From: a virus
Virus record (IMG/VR): IMGVR_UViG_3300025646_000031
Coordinates: 6,462 to 70,461 of that record
DNA length: 64,000 bases
Strand: one strand, 5' to 3'
Position 1 is the stretch's first letter. Each line of letters opens with the position of its first letter. The translations under genes and the position numbers were made by a program. Below the pieces are notes generated by a model, which worked only from the letters and a program-made list of their open reading frames with translations, did no database searches and was not told where the DNA came from. Of this stretch, positions 9,065 to 19,868 are shown in pieces.

Positions 9065-12000
9065 ATGCAGAAGACTGATTTAAATATCACTCCATACTAT
9101 GATGATTTTAGTGAAGATAAAAACTTTCAAAAAGTTTTATATAGAGCTGGTAGACCTCTTCAAGCAAGAGAGTTAACACAAACCCAATCAATACTTCAAA
9201 ATCAAATAGAGAGATTTGGTAATCACTTCTTCAAAGAAGGTTCTATCATTCAAGGTGCTCAGACAGATGTTAGTATGGATTACTACTATGTCAAAGTATC
9301 ATCTGCAAACCCTAATTCAAATGGTGATGCGAATGTAGAAACATACAGAACATCATCACATTTATCTTTTATAAAAGGTAAAACTTCAGGCGTAGTTGCT
9401 CAAATATTTGCATCATCTGCTGAAACTTCAGATGATCCTCTTACACTTTATGTGAAATACTATTCACAAGGTACAGATTCATCAAACTCAACTGCTTTTA
9501 CAGCAAATGAAGAACTTCAATTTGTAACATTAGATTCTGATGGTAATGCTACTGCAACTTCAAGTAATAATGAATTTACAGTTTTAGCGAGTACAGAAAC
9601 ACCAAATGGTCGTGCTTCAATTGCAAACATTTCAGAGGGTGTGGTATTCTTACGAGGTTTCTTCTGTAAAGTAGATGCACAACAATTAATCTTAGAAAAA
9701 TATTCAGGCAGACCATCATATAGAGTTGGTTTGAAAATAACTGAAGAGATCATTACTTCAGCAAATGATAGTTCCCTTTTAGACAACGCAACAGGAACAA
9801 ATAACGAAAACGCTGCTGGTGCAGACAGATTAAAACTATCATTAACTCTTTCAAAGTATCTTTTAACAGACACAGATGATGTTAACTTTGTAGAGTTTGT
9901 AAGAGTTAATAATGGCACTATCGAATTATCAATTCAAAATCCAATCTACAACGAAATAGAAAACACACTTGCACGAAGAACTTTTGATGCAAATGGTGAC
10001 TTTGTTGTAAGACAGTTCACACACAATTTTAGAGAACATTTAGACGATACTACAAACAGAGGTTACTATACTTCTGCAAATGGTGGTGATGAAACAAAAG
10101 TAATCATGCAAGTATCGCCAGGTAAAGCATATGTAAAAGGTTACGAAATAGAAAAGATTGGTACAACACCTATTACATTAAACAAAGCAAGAACAACAGT
10201 TACATTAGACAACGCAAATACACCTATTAGATTAGGAAACTTTTTACGAGTAACTAATGCACATTCATTACCTGAATTTGGTAACGAATCAGGTACAGAT
10301 GCACAAAGTCCATTTCAATATTGTAAATTATGGCCAAGTATAATCTCAAGTCCAGGTGCAGAAAACTCAGAAGATTATATCGGTTTTGCAAGAGTTAGAG
10401 ATATCACTTTAAATCAAGGAACAGATACATCAAATGTTTATGATGATTCTTCTAAATGGGAATTATCAATGTTTGACATTAAGATGTTTACTAAGATATC
10501 TTATTCTGGTCATTCAGGAACAGCACAAGCTGGAGATAAGATTACAGGTTCGTCTTCAGGTGCAACAGGTATTTTAGTATACGATAATAATTCAAATGCC
10601 ATATATTTGCACGATGTTGTAGGAAACTTTACAACTTCAGACGCTTTATCTTCAGAAGGTGTTGGTGATTTTTCAATCACTTCTGGTCAGAATACTGCAG
10701 TTAGAGACTACAACATAGATAGAGTTAGATCGATTACACAAGATCCAAAAGAAACAAGTAGAGAAACATTTACTGCTGATTTAGTAGTTGATGCAGAATT
10801 CTCACTTGCTGGTACTGTTACATTTACAAATGCAAGTGCAACTGTTACAGGTTTTGGTACAAGATTTGCCGCTCAACTTAGAGAAGGCGATAAGATTTAT
10901 AATCCTGGTAACTCAGAATACTTAATAGTATCATCTGTAGCAAGTGACACATCACTTACTCTTACAGGTAATGCTGGCGGTGGTTATCAAGGTAAATCAA
11001 CTAGATTTAGAACACAATTATACAACCAAGATCAAACTGCAAACATATTTGCTTGGCCGAGAGATTTTGTAAAATCACATACTGCAGAATCAGTAACTAT
11101 CAGAAGACAACAAGTAATAACAGTTGATGGATCTGGTACATTTACATTAAACACAGGTTCAAACGGAACATTTGGTTCTATTAATACAGATAACTTCACT
11201 CTTGCTGTTATCGAACAGAAATCTTCAGGCACACCTGATTACAGTAATGGTGATTTATTAAACATAGAAGATTTCACAATATCAGGACCAACCTCTTCAG
11301 GTACAGGTCAAACTTTAACAGTTCAAGGTTTAACCAATGATGATGGTGCAATTATTAAAGCGACATTTACTGTCACTGTAACTGATCCTGTTAATAGATC
11401 AAAAACACTTAGACAAGGTAGACTACTCAAGGTTGGTAGTAGTAGAACTGCAGGTGGTTTTTATGGAACTGCATATAATGATTCTGAAATATCACTTGGT
11501 GTTTCAGATATTCATAGAATTCGTGCAATTTATATGGGTACGACACCATTACCACCTAGTGCAACACTAAACAGTATCAGTGGCACTTTCACTTTATATG
11601 AAACAGTTGTAGGACAAACTTCAGGTGCAAGAGCAACACTAATCGATTATAACGGTTCAAGTGCAACATCATATTGGTATTATACGAATGCAAATAAATT
11701 TGTAGACGGAGAGACAATTGTTGGTCAAACTTCATCAGCATTCTGTACAATAAGTGGTGTATCACAAGGTTCACAAAACATTGTAAGTCGTTACTTCTTT
11801 GATGATGGTCAAAGAGATGGTTTCTATGATTTAGGAAAATTAATTAGAAAACCAGGTAATCCTGCACCTAATGCCCCTATTTTAATCGTATTTGATTACT
11901 TCACATCAACAGGTAGTGGTGATTTCTACGATATCAATTCTTATGGTTCAGTAGACTATGACGATATTCCCGTATACTCACCAAACAAAGTTGATTTGGG

Positions 12001-15000
12001 TGGTTTAGAACCTGATGGTACATTTGAATTATCTGATTGTGTAGATTTCAGACCAAATGTAGGACAAGTTTTAGGTACTACAACATTCTCAACTGATACA
12101 CCAGATGTATCTTCACCTGTTGACTTGAGTAATAGTACAAGTGGTTCAGTTTACTCACCATTCTCATATGTAAATGGTAGATCGTTCTTGTCATCAAGAA
12201 CAGGCATCACAGCAACAGGTGCAAATGCAGTAGATACACCAGTCAATCAATCAAGTGTTATTGGTGATATAGATTTTTATGTAAGTAGAATAGATAAAGT
12301 ATATCTACACAAATCTGGTAAATTCCAAATTGCAACTGGAGACCCAGCACTTACACCAACAAAACCAAAATCAGTTGACGATTGTATAGAACTATTTGAA
12401 GTAACAATTCCTGCTTATACAAAAAATTTAAATGACATTAAAGTAAGATCAAAAGATCATAGACGATTCACAATGTCAGACATTGGCAAGATTAATAATC
12501 GTGTCACAAACCTAGAAAGAATTACATCATTATCTCTTTTAGAAAAAGATGTACAAGGTAAACAAATTTTAGATGCTGATGGTTTTGATAGATTCAAATC
12601 AGGTTTCTTAGTAGACAACTTTAGAGGTCATAAAGTTGGCGATGTATTTCATCCAGATTACAATTGTAGTATTGATGGCAAGAAAGGTCATTTAAGACCA
12701 AAATCATTCCAACAGTTCTTTGATATTTCTTTAGATAGTTCTACATCAAGTAACTACGCAAAAACAGGCGATCTAATTACATTGCCTTATACTGCATATT
12801 CTTGGATAAATCAAAACAAGGCATCTAGATCAATCAATGTAAACCCATATAATGTTTATGCATTTGTTGGTAATGTTAAACTAACTCCTGCTACAGATAT
12901 ATGGCAAGACACTGAAAGATTACCAGATGTAAGAATCAATAGAGAAGGTACCTTTGACGCTATGAAAGCGAAAGGCGATATTGGTACAGTATGGAATGAT
13001 TGGCAAACAACATGGATTGGTGAACCTACAGTTGTATCAACCGAAACAGTATCACAAGAAAATGGATATTGGGAAGGCGACCCAACACAAGGTGGTCAAT
13101 GGGTTGCAGGTTCAGAAACAAGAAGAGAAATTACTGAAACGCCAGAGAATCAAACAAGAACTGGTATTGTAACTTCAGTAGTTGAAGACTTTGTAGAAAC
13201 AAGAAACGATAGAGTAGTATCAGTTTCAATTATACCTTTCATGAGAGCAAGAACAATTGAAATTGATGCTAAAGGTTTAAAACCAAATACAAATCATTAT
13301 TTCTTCTTTGATGGAATTAGAGTCGATGGATATGTAAGACCATACAGCACAACTTACTCACAAGACAGTGGAACAACTGTTTCATCAGGTGTGAAAACAG
13401 ATGGTAACGGTAGACTTCGTGCATACTTTGAATTGCCGAATAGTACAACTCAAAGTTTCCCAACAGGTTCTAGAAAATTACAAATAACATCAAGTTACTA
13501 TGATTTACCAGCACCTGCATCACACGGTAGTGCTATCTATCAGGCACAAGGTCTATTACAATCTAACCAAACAGAGATTACTTCTACACGAAATGGTAGA
13601 GTTATTTTTGAAACAATATCAGATTCAAGACAAATTATTAGAACGGGTGAACAATTAAACCAATATGCTTGGGATACAAATGCACCTCCAGTAGATAACA
13701 TACCACCAGATGATGGCGGCGCACCTGACCCTATTGTTGAAGATGAAATTGATAATCCACCACTAGCAGATGATCCAGATCCTAGAGAGACAGGTCGAAG
13801 AAGACAAACTCCACCAATTAGAAGAAATGATAACAGAGAAATAGATGGCGGTTACATGGATCCCCTTGCACAATCATTTATGGTTGATGCAGCTACAGGT
13901 GTTATGTTAACATCTATTGATGTTTATTTTAGAACAAAATCAGATAGTTTACCTGTAACAGTTGAAATTAGAAACATGGTGAACGGTTATCCAGGTCAAA
14001 TTATTCTACCGTTCTCTCAAACAACACTTACACCTTCTCAAGTCAATGTGACAGAAGATGGAGCAACTGCAACAACATTTACATTCGAATCACCTGTCTT
14101 CTTAGAAGAAGGTAAAGAATACTGTTTTGTAGTTCTGTCAAATTCAAATGATTATGAGGTATTCATTTCTAGAATGGGTGAAACCGATCTAGTAACTGGT
14201 CAGACAATTTCAGGTCAACCATATGCAGGTTCTTTATTTGTATCTCAGAATGCATCAACTTGGACTGCAGAACAAACAGACGATCTCAAATTTAATTTGA
14301 AGGCTGCTAAGTTTGATGTTTCAAAAACATCAAATATTGTTTTTGAAAATGATGCACTATCTTCAAGTAAGTTACAAGAAAACCCAATTCAAACATTTAG
14401 TGGTCAAACATATGTGAAAGTTTATAATTATTCACATGGCATGTACTCAACATCATCTAATGTTATATTAACACAAATAGAGGGTGATAAAGAAGGTGTG
14501 GTATTAAACATATCTCATTCTTCTTCAGGAACATTACCTGTTGCTGGCACATACTCTAGTCAGTCAACTACAGATACCGTTGGTTCTGGTACAGGTTGTA
14601 CAGTAGAAGTTGTAATCAGTGGTACTGCTGGTAACGAAATTATCAACAGTGTAAAAATAGAAAATGGTGGTTCAGATTATACAACATCTTCTTCATTAGA
14701 AATTACAAACTTGGGTGGTGAGACTAATACGATCACTATAGATGTAGATACAGTTGGTGATACATTAGGTGGAATACCAGTTGATGCAATCAATGCTACA
14801 TTTACTGCTATTGCAAATATTGGCATGGACTCATTTACAGTCACACCTGACCTCTCATCATATGACTTTGTATCAAGTTATTCTGCATCATCTTCAACAG
14901 TAGGTGGTGGTAGAGATGTTAGATCAACTAGAAACTATTACTTTGATGTCATTCACACTATGATACCTAATATATTATTTGCAGATACAAGAATATTCTC

Positions 15001-15694
15001 ATCAATATATGGTACATATATGGATACACCAGAGGGAACAAACTTCGGTACAGTCTATAACAGACAATCAAGTTTAACAAAGATTACATTAAATGATAAC
15101 TCATTCTTGGGAAGTCCTAGAATTGTTGCATCACCTATTAATGAAACTAATGAAATGTCTTCAGGCAAATCATTTAAAATTGATTTACAATTGAAATCAT
15201 TCAACGCCAATGTTTCACCAATTATTGATGTTGCAACAATAGGCTGTTTAGGTATTATGAACAGACTAAACAACATAGATTCATCTAGTGATGTACCAAC
15301 AGGTACAACTTATGTTGCATCAACTGAACCTGATGGTGATAACAATGCATTCGTTTACTGCACTAAGAAAGTAAACTTAAAAACACCTGCAACTGCTATT
15401 AGAATAACTGCAGATGTTTTCAGACCATCAGGAAATGAAATTAAGTTGTTATACAAAATATTAAAGAATGATGATAACACACCTTGGGATGATATTGGTT
15501 GGAATTATTTCAACTCAGATGGTTCTGCAGATACTTCAATACCTGCAGATGGTAAAAACTTTAAAGAATATGAATTTACTGCAGAAGACTTGGCAGAGTT
15601 CAGTGCATTTGCAGTTAAGATAGTAGGGCAAGGAAACAATACAAGTAGAGTACCAGTGATATCTGCTTTAAGATGTATTGCACTTGCAACATAA
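9065..15694 (+). CDS. Giant virion structural protein, VrlC/DUF4815-like
   Basis: N-terminal PYYDDF...KVLYR.GRPLQARELTQ.QSILQNQ, DRFKSGFLVDNF and DPLAQSF motifs; 2209 aa; follows gp8 as in marine T4-like phages. Confidence 0.8.
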   Translation: MQKTDLNITPYYDDFSEDKNFQKVLYRAGRPLQARELTQTQSILQNQIERFGNHFFKEGSIIQGAQTDVSMDYYYVKVSSANPNSNGDANVETYRTSSHLSFIKGKTSGVVAQIFASSAETSDDPLTLYVKYYSQGTDSSNSTAFTANEELQFVTLDSDGNATATSSNNEFTVLASTETPNGRASIANISEGVVFLRGFFCKVDAQQLILEKYSGRPSYRVGLKITEEIITSANDSSLLDNATGTNNENAAGADRLKLSLTLSKYLLTDTDDVNFVEFVRVNNGTIELSIQNPIYNEIENTLARRTFDANGDFVVRQFTHNFREHLDDTTNRGYYTSANGGDETKVIMQVSPGKAYVKGYEIEKIGTTPITLNKARTTVTLDNANTPIRLGNFLRVTNAHSLPEFGNESGTDAQSPFQYCKLWPSIISSPGAENSEDYIGFARVRDITLNQGTDTSNVYDDSSKWELSMFDIKMFTKISYSGHSGTAQAGDKITGSSSGATGILVYDNNSNAIYLHDVVGNFTTSDALSSEGVGDFSITSGQNTAVRDYNIDRVRSITQDPKETSRETFTADLVVDAEFSLAGTVTFTNASATVTGFGTRFAAQLREGDKIYNPGNSEYLIVSSVASDTSLTLTGNAGGGYQGKSTRFRTQLYNQDQTANIFAWPRDFVKSHTAESVTIRRQQVITVDGSGTFTLNTGSNGTFGSINTDNFTLAVIEQKSSGTPDYSNGDLLNIEDFTISGPTSSGTGQTLTVQGLTNDDGAIIKATFTVTVTDPVNRSKTLRQGRLLKVGSSRTAGGFYGTAYNDSEISLGVSDIHRIRAIYMGTTPLPPSATLNSISGTFTLYETVVGQTSGARATLIDYNGSSATSYWYYTNANKFVDGETIVGQTSSAFCTISGVSQGSQNIVSRYFFDDGQRDGFYDLGKLIRKPGNPAPNAPILIVFDYFTSTGSGDFYDINSYGSVDYDDIPVYSPNKVDLGGLEPDGTFELSDCVDFRPNVGQVLGTTTFSTDTPDVSSPVDLSNSTSGSVYSPFSYVNGRSFLSSRTGITATGANAVDTPVNQSSVIGDIDFYVSRIDKVYLHKSGKFQIATGDPALTPTKPKSVDDCIELFEVTIPAYTKNLNDIKVRSKDHRRFTMSDIGKINNRVTNLERITSLSLLEKDVQGKQILDADGFDRFKSGFLVDNFRGHKVGDVFHPDYNCSIDGKKGHLRPKSFQQFFDISLDSSTSSNYAKTGDLITLPYTAYSWINQNKASRSINVNPYNVYAFVGNVKLTPATDIWQDTERLPDVRINREGTFDAMKAKGDIGTVWNDWQTTWIGEPTVVSTETVSQENGYWEGDPTQGGQWVAGSETRREITETPENQTRTGIVTSVVEDFVETRNDRVVSVSIIPFMRARTIEIDAKGLKPNTNHYFFFDGIRVDGYVRPYSTTYSQDSGTTVSSGVKTDGNGRLRAYFELPNSTTQSFPTGSRKLQITSSYYDLPAPASHGSAIYQAQGLLQSNQTEITSTRNGRVIFETISDSRQIIRTGEQLNQYAWDTNAPPVDNIPPDDGGAPDPIVEDEIDNPPLADDPDPRETGRRRQTPPIRRNDNREIDGGYMDPLAQSFMVDAATGVMLTSIDVYFRTKSDSLPVTVEIRNMVNGYPGQIILPFSQTTLTPSQVNVTEDGATATTFTFESPVFLEEGKEYCFVVLSNSNDYEVFISRMGETDLVTGQTISGQPYAGSLFVSQNASTWTAEQTDDLKFNLKAAKFDVSKTSNIVFENDALSSSKLQENPIQTFSGQTYVKVYNYSHGMYSTSSNVILTQIEGDKEGVVLNISHSSSGTLPVAGTYSSQSTTDTVGSGTGCTVEVVISGTAGNEIINSVKIENGGSDYTTSSSLEITNLGGETNTITIDVDTVGDTLGGIPVDAINATFTAIANIGMDSFTVTPDLSSYDFVSSYSASSSTVGGGRDVRSTRNYYFDVIHTMIPNILFADTRIFSSIYGTYMDTPEGTNFGTVYNRQSSLTKITLNDNSFLGSPRIVASPINETNEMSSGKSFKIDLQLKSFNANVSPIIDVATIGCLGIMNRLNNIDSSSDVPTGTTYVASTEPDGDNNAFVYCTKKVNLKTPATAIRITADVFRPSGNEIKLLYKILKNDDNTPWDDIGWNYFNSDGSADTSIPADGKNFKEYEFTAEDLAEFSAFAVKIVGQGNNTSRVPVISALRCIALAT

Positions 15695-15695
15695 T

Positions 15696-15908
15696 ATGGA
15701 TGATTATGCAAAAGTTGAAGGACATTCATCTCTAATTAGAGATAATAAATCAACTGCTGTTATCAATACAGATATAGAAGCATATTATCTGGCAAGAAAA
15801 AGAAAAGAGATGTTTAAGTCTCAAAGAAATGAAATAAATACACTAAAGGAAGAAGTTAACAATATCAAAAACATTCTTCTGCAACTAGTAGAGAAAATAA
15901 ATGGCTAA
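15696..15908 (+). CDS. Small conserved phage protein with C-terminal coiled coil
   Basis: KVEGH..LIRD..S.AVIN motif; ATG at 15696 just after the previous stop is the likelier start. Confidence 0.65.
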   Translation: MDDYAKVEGHSSLIRDNKSTAVINTDIEAYYLARKRKEMFKSQRNEINTLKEEVNNIKNILLQLVEKING

Positions 15909-17256
15909 GACAGTAGACAATTTTAGTACTATAGAAAACTTTAGAACGAGGTATAATGAACTCGCCACCGATGTTGGTGATATTGCAGGTCTTAGAAGTT
16001 CAATTGGTGGTGCAACACTTGTAGATGCACTCAACACTTTAGAAGATAAATCATTTTTCTTTCAAGAATTTATTTTCAATGCAACTGCATCTCAAACCAC
16101 ATTTAGTGGTAATGATGAATTTGACAATGAACTAAGATTCAAAAGAAATAGAATTCAAGTTTTCAAAAACGGTAATCATCTATTAGAAGATGATGATTAC
16201 ATTATCGGAGGCCCATCAGGAAGTTTCCACACTTCTATTATTCTAAACTCAGGTGCATCTCTAAATGATAAAATTGTCATCTATGCATATACTGGTTCCT
16301 TTGAAGGAACAGCTGCATCTTCTAATATTGTAGGATATTTTTCAGAGTCAACACTAAACACTATTTACAATACTAACGATAATGGTATTATTCTAAATGG
16401 TGATAACTCTACACCTACAACACAACTACAATCAGGTTATACAATTCAACTTGCAGGTAAGTCATATGCAGAAGATGATATTACGCTTGCAAGTGGTAAG
16501 ACATTAAATGCACCTATTATTACAGATGGTACTGCACAAATCACAGGTGGAGTCGGAACTTCATTCTCAAGTATTACTTCAACAAATTTTGTAGGTAATC
16601 TAACAGGTAATATTACCTCAACAGGAACATCAACATTTTCAAATATAGATGTCAACGGTGGTGCAATAGACGGTGCTGTTATTGGTGCAAACTCAGCAGC
16701 TGCAATCACTGGTACAACAATTACCGCAAGTACTAACTTCTCAGGAAATCTAACAGGTAATGTCACTGGTAATGTGACAGGAACAGTTTCAAGTTTATCT
16801 AACCACGATACAGATGATGTAGCAGAAGGATCAACTAACCAATACTTCACAAACGCAAGAGCAGACGCTAGAATCGCAGCTGCTAGTATAGAAGATTTGT
16901 CAGATGTACACACATTAGGAACACCAACTGCTGGTCAGATACTTGCATGGAATGCTTCAAATAATAGATTTGAAATAGCAGACAATGCAACAGTTTCAGG
17001 AAGTATTACAGAAACAACAAATAAATACTTTACAGATGCCAGAGTAAATGATGTAATATCTGCTGGTTCAGGTCTTGCTAAATCTTATAATGCAGGCACT
17101 AGTGATCCTTTAGATGGTGTCGCAACATTATCTGTAAATACATCAAACGGTATCAAAATAGACGGTGATGATGTAGAGTTAGATTACGAAACAACTAGTA
17201 CTACACCTACAAGTGTAGGATCAACAGCTACAGGTCATCTGTGGTTTGTGATATAA
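15901..17256 (+). CDS. Fibre-like structural protein (cassette 1 anchor)
   Basis: GNLTGNVTG repeats, DTDDVAEGSTNQYFT motif, C-terminal STTP....GHLW. Confidence 0.7.
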   Translation: MAKTVDNFSTIENFRTRYNELATDVGDIAGLRSSIGGATLVDALNTLEDKSFFFQEFIFNATASQTTFSGNDEFDNELRFKRNRIQVFKNGNHLLEDDDYIIGGPSGSFHTSIILNSGASLNDKIVIYAYTGSFEGTAASSNIVGYFSESTLNTIYNTNDNGIILNGDNSTPTTQLQSGYTIQLAGKSYAEDDITLASGKTLNAPIITDGTAQITGGVGTSFSSITSTNFVGNLTGNITSTGTSTFSNIDVNGGAIDGAVIGANSAAAITGTTITASTNFSGNLTGNVTGNVTGTVSSLSNHDTDDVAEGSTNQYFTNARADARIAAASIEDLSDVHTLGTPTAGQILAWNASNNRFEIADNATVSGSITETTNKYFTDARVNDVISAGSGLAKSYNAGTSDPLDGVATLSVNTSNGIKIDGDDVELDYETTSTTPTSVGSTATGHLWFVI

Positions 17257-17272
17257 TGAAAAATGGTGAATA

Positions 17273-18385
17273 ATGGCAGACGAAATTTATATAAACACAG
17301 GAAGTACATTTCAACAACCGTATAACGCTAGAACACCTGCAAACGCCCAACAACCTTATATTGCTAATGCACAGCAACCTTATCCATACATTGCGAATGC
17401 ACAACAACCTTATATAGCAAACGCACAGCAACCGTATCCATATATTGCGAATGCACAACAGCCATACATTGCTAATGCACAGCAACCATATCCTTATATT
17501 GCCAATGCACAACAACCTTATATAGCAAATGCACGGCAACCATATCCTTATATTGCCAATGCACAACAACCATATATAGCAAATGCAAGAAACCCATTTA
17601 CATATGCTAGACAGGCACAGACACCATATCCTTACATAGTAAACGCTAGATCACCGTTTACTTATCAGGTGCCATTTATAACTCAGCAACCATACACTTT
17701 TAATGCTAGAACGCCGTTTACTTATCAGGCACAAGGTCGTGTACCTGCAAGTGCCCAACAACCATATACCTTTAGTGCCAGAAGACCTGCAGTAGGTAGA
17801 ATACCTTACATATATGCAGGTGATACAAGTTATATTGGTTCGAGTGGTTTAATTATAGATGATTGGGCTGAAACTAGTTCTGGTGGTGTTACCTCAGTTG
17901 CTGGTGTAATAATTTATGCTTACTACAGTAGTGCTAGTGAAATTCAACTAAAAGCACACATTTACTCTGCTGAGGATACTAGTTGGTACAACACTTCAAA
18001 TGTGCTTCAGGATCCCACTGCAGGAAAAGATTTACCACCAAACAATTTATTATACAAAATAGAAGATGTTGAAAGTGGTTATACTGTTAGATACTCTATA
18101 ACTGGTGGTACAACTACAACAGGAGATGATTATGCTACGGTGACTGGTTATAGTAGTTCTCCTGCAAATGCTAGTATGAGCCCGATTGTAGGTTCAATTT
18201 CAACAACTACTATACGAGGTGTCTTATTTAGGCATGTTGTAACTGTTAGTGACGGTGAATCTGCAAGTGGTGATACTTTGTTTGATAATGTTTCATTTAT
18301 ATTTGAAAAATCTGGTTCAACAACCTTTACAAAAACCTTTGATATCTTCTGTAATGCAAGTGCAGATTCTTATGGAGGGCAATAA
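17273..18385 (+). CDS. Pro/Tyr/Gln repeat protein A1 with C-terminal globular domain
   Basis: N-terminal DEIYIN, 20 Pro-delimited units (17318-17803), then about 190 aa of non-repetitive beta-rich sequence. Confidence 0.85.
   Translation: MADEIYINTGSTFQQPYNARTPANAQQPYIANAQQPYPYIANAQQPYIANAQQPYPYIANAQQPYIANAQQPYPYIANAQQPYIANARQPYPYIANAQQPYIANARNPFTYARQAQTPYPYIVNARSPFTYQVPFITQQPYTFNARTPFTYQAQGRVPASAQQPYTFSARRPAVGRIPYIYAGDTSYIGSSGLIIDDWAETSSGGVTSVAGVIIYAYYSSASEIQLKAHIYSAEDTSWYNTSNVLQDPTAGKDLPPNNLLYKIEDVESGYTVRYSITGGTTTTGDDYATVTGYSSSPANASMSPIVGSISTTTIRGVLFRHVVTVSDGESASGDTLFDNVSFIFEKSGSTTFTKTFDIFCNASADSYGGQ
17318..17803 (+). repeat. Coding tandem repeat of 18/24/30-nt units (A1)
   Basis: Unit lengths in aa: 6,6,8,10,8,10,8,10,8,10,8,10,10,6,6,8,10,6,8,6. 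Confidence 0.9.
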
Positions 18386-18387
18386 TA

Positions 18388-18639
18388 ATGGCAGTAACAT
18401 TTACTATTGATAATGTAGAATTGATAAGTACAACACATACTACAAGAAATGAAGAAGATGTTGTAATAAACACTTTTGAAAAGAATAAAACCTTTGCAAC
18501 AGTAACCTTTACAGATGGTACTAATTCTGTCACTAGACAATATAGTGTGAGAAACACAGAATATGCAAATTCTGATAATTTTAATAGTAGATTACAAAAT
18601 GTCGCAAACTTTTTAGAAACAGAGGTATGGAGTAGTTAA
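18388..18639 (+). CDS. Small hypothetical protein inside cassette 1
   Basis: GGAGG SD; packed tightly between A1 and B1. Confidence 0.7.
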   Translation: MAVTFTIDNVELISTTHTTRNEEDVVINTFEKNKTFATVTFTDGTNSVTRQYSVRNTEYANSDNFNSRLQNVANFLETEVWSS

Positions 18640-18641
18640 AG

Positions 18642-19286
18642 ATGCCTGTAGGTCAACAACCATATATCTATCAACAACCTTACATTGCTTCAGGTAGCAC
18701 TCCTATTATCGTTCAACAACCATATCCTTATATTGCAGAAGCTAGACAACCCTATATTGCTCAAGGTAGAACACCGACACCTGCTAGATATCCAGCTGAT
18801 GCTCAACAACCTTTTACTTTTCAGGCACAAGGTCAGACACCTTATCCGTATATTGCAGCTGCACAGCAACCATTTACCTATCAGGCTAGATCACCGTTTA
18901 CATATGCTAGACAAGGTCAAACACCGTTCACATATCAGAACAGGCAACCGTTCACATATGCAACACAAGGCAGAACGCCATTTACCTATCAGAACAGAAC
19001 TCCGTTCACATATGAAACACAAGGTAGAACACCATTTACCTATTCGAATAGAACGCCGTTTACTTATGCTAGACAAGGTCAAACACCGTTCACATATCAG
19101 AACAGGCAACCGTTCACATATCAAAATCCTTACATTGCAACAAGACCTATAGGTCCACTTGCAAAAGTTAAAGGCGTGTATGTAAACCAAGGTGGGTCTG
19201 TAGTACAAGTTGATGAAATCTATGTAAACAATTCTGGTACATTAGAAAAAATTCATCAACATCCATCTCAACCGTTTGACACCTAA
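18642..19286 (+). CDS. Pro/Tyr/Gln repeat protein B1
   Basis: GGAG SD; 20 units (18660-19145); C-terminal VKGVYVN..G...DEIYVN motif. Confidence 0.85.
   Translation: MPVGQQPYIYQQPYIASGSTPIIVQQPYPYIAEARQPYIAQGRTPTPARYPADAQQPFTFQAQGQTPYPYIAAAQQPFTYQARSPFTYARQGQTPFTYQNRQPFTYATQGRTPFTYQNRTPFTYETQGRTPFTYSNRTPFTYARQGQTPFTYQNRQPFTYQNPYIATRPIGPLAKVKGVYVNQGGSVVQVDEIYVNNSGTLEKIHQHPSQPFDT
18660..19145 (+). repeat. Coding tandem repeat (B1), mirror of A1
   Basis: Unit lengths in aa: 6,8,6,10,8,6,6,10,10,8,10,8,10,8,10,8,10,8,6,6; a 57-nt block is identical at 18903 and 19065. Confidence 0.9.
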
Positions 19287-19304
19287 AATTGCATAAATAG
19301 TTAT

Positions 19305-19637
19305 ATGGCTATCATTGCAAACCTATACATAGATCAAGGAACAGACTTCAGTATAACAGTTGATGTAACTGATAGTGCAGGTGATATTTTAGAACTAAGT
19401 GATTACACAGCAGCTGCACAAATTAGAAAAACTTATAGTTCATCATCTGTCAGTGCGACCTTTGCTACTTCAATTGCAGAGTTAGCAGGTCAAGTAACTA
19501 TTTCTTTGACTGATACACAAACAGCTGCACTTGAAGCAGGTAGATATGTGTACGATCTAAATATAACAAGTTCTGCAGGTTTAGTCACAAGAGTGATTGA
19601 AGGACAGGCAATCGTAACGCCTGGCGTAACAAGGTAA
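19305..19637 (+). CDS. Small virion structural protein (fibre/baseplate adaptor-like)
   Basis: NLYIDQGTDF...AQIRK...GRYVYDL...TRVIEG...V.PGVT pattern common in T4-like marine phages; CATAAATA promoter at 19292. Confidence 0.7.
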   Translation: MAIIANLYIDQGTDFSITVDVTDSAGDILELSDYTAAAQIRKTYSSSSVSATFATSIAELAGQVTISLTDTQTAALEAGRYVYDLNITSSAGLVTRVIEGQAIVTPGVTR

Positions 19638-19641
19638 TAAT

Positions 19642-19857
19642 ATGTCAAATATCAAAGCAAGAGTTTTACAAACAAACACAATTCGTGCAAAGCAAGTAGC
19701 GATTGGTAACTCATCAACCAATGTAAACTTGTCTGCAAAATCTATCAATGAACTTGCAGATGTTAATGTTACTGAAACAGATGATGGACTTCTTTCTTAT
19801 GATGCAGCTACCGACAAGTGGGTTACAAAAACCAATATAGACGGCGGAACATTTTAG
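19642..19857 (+). CDS. Small fibre-associated protein
   Basis: L.DV....DDGLLSYD..T.KW motif; ends IDGGTF. Confidence 0.65.
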   Translation: MSNIKARVLQTNTIRAKQVAIGNSSTNVNLSAKSINELADVNVTETDDGLLSYDAATDKWVTKTNIDGGTF

Positions 19858-19860
19858 TTT

Positions 19861-19868
19861 TATAAATA
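19861..19868 (+). promoter_or_regulatory. Late promoter
   Basis: TATAAATA, followed by a ~135-nt leader. Confidence 0.8.
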
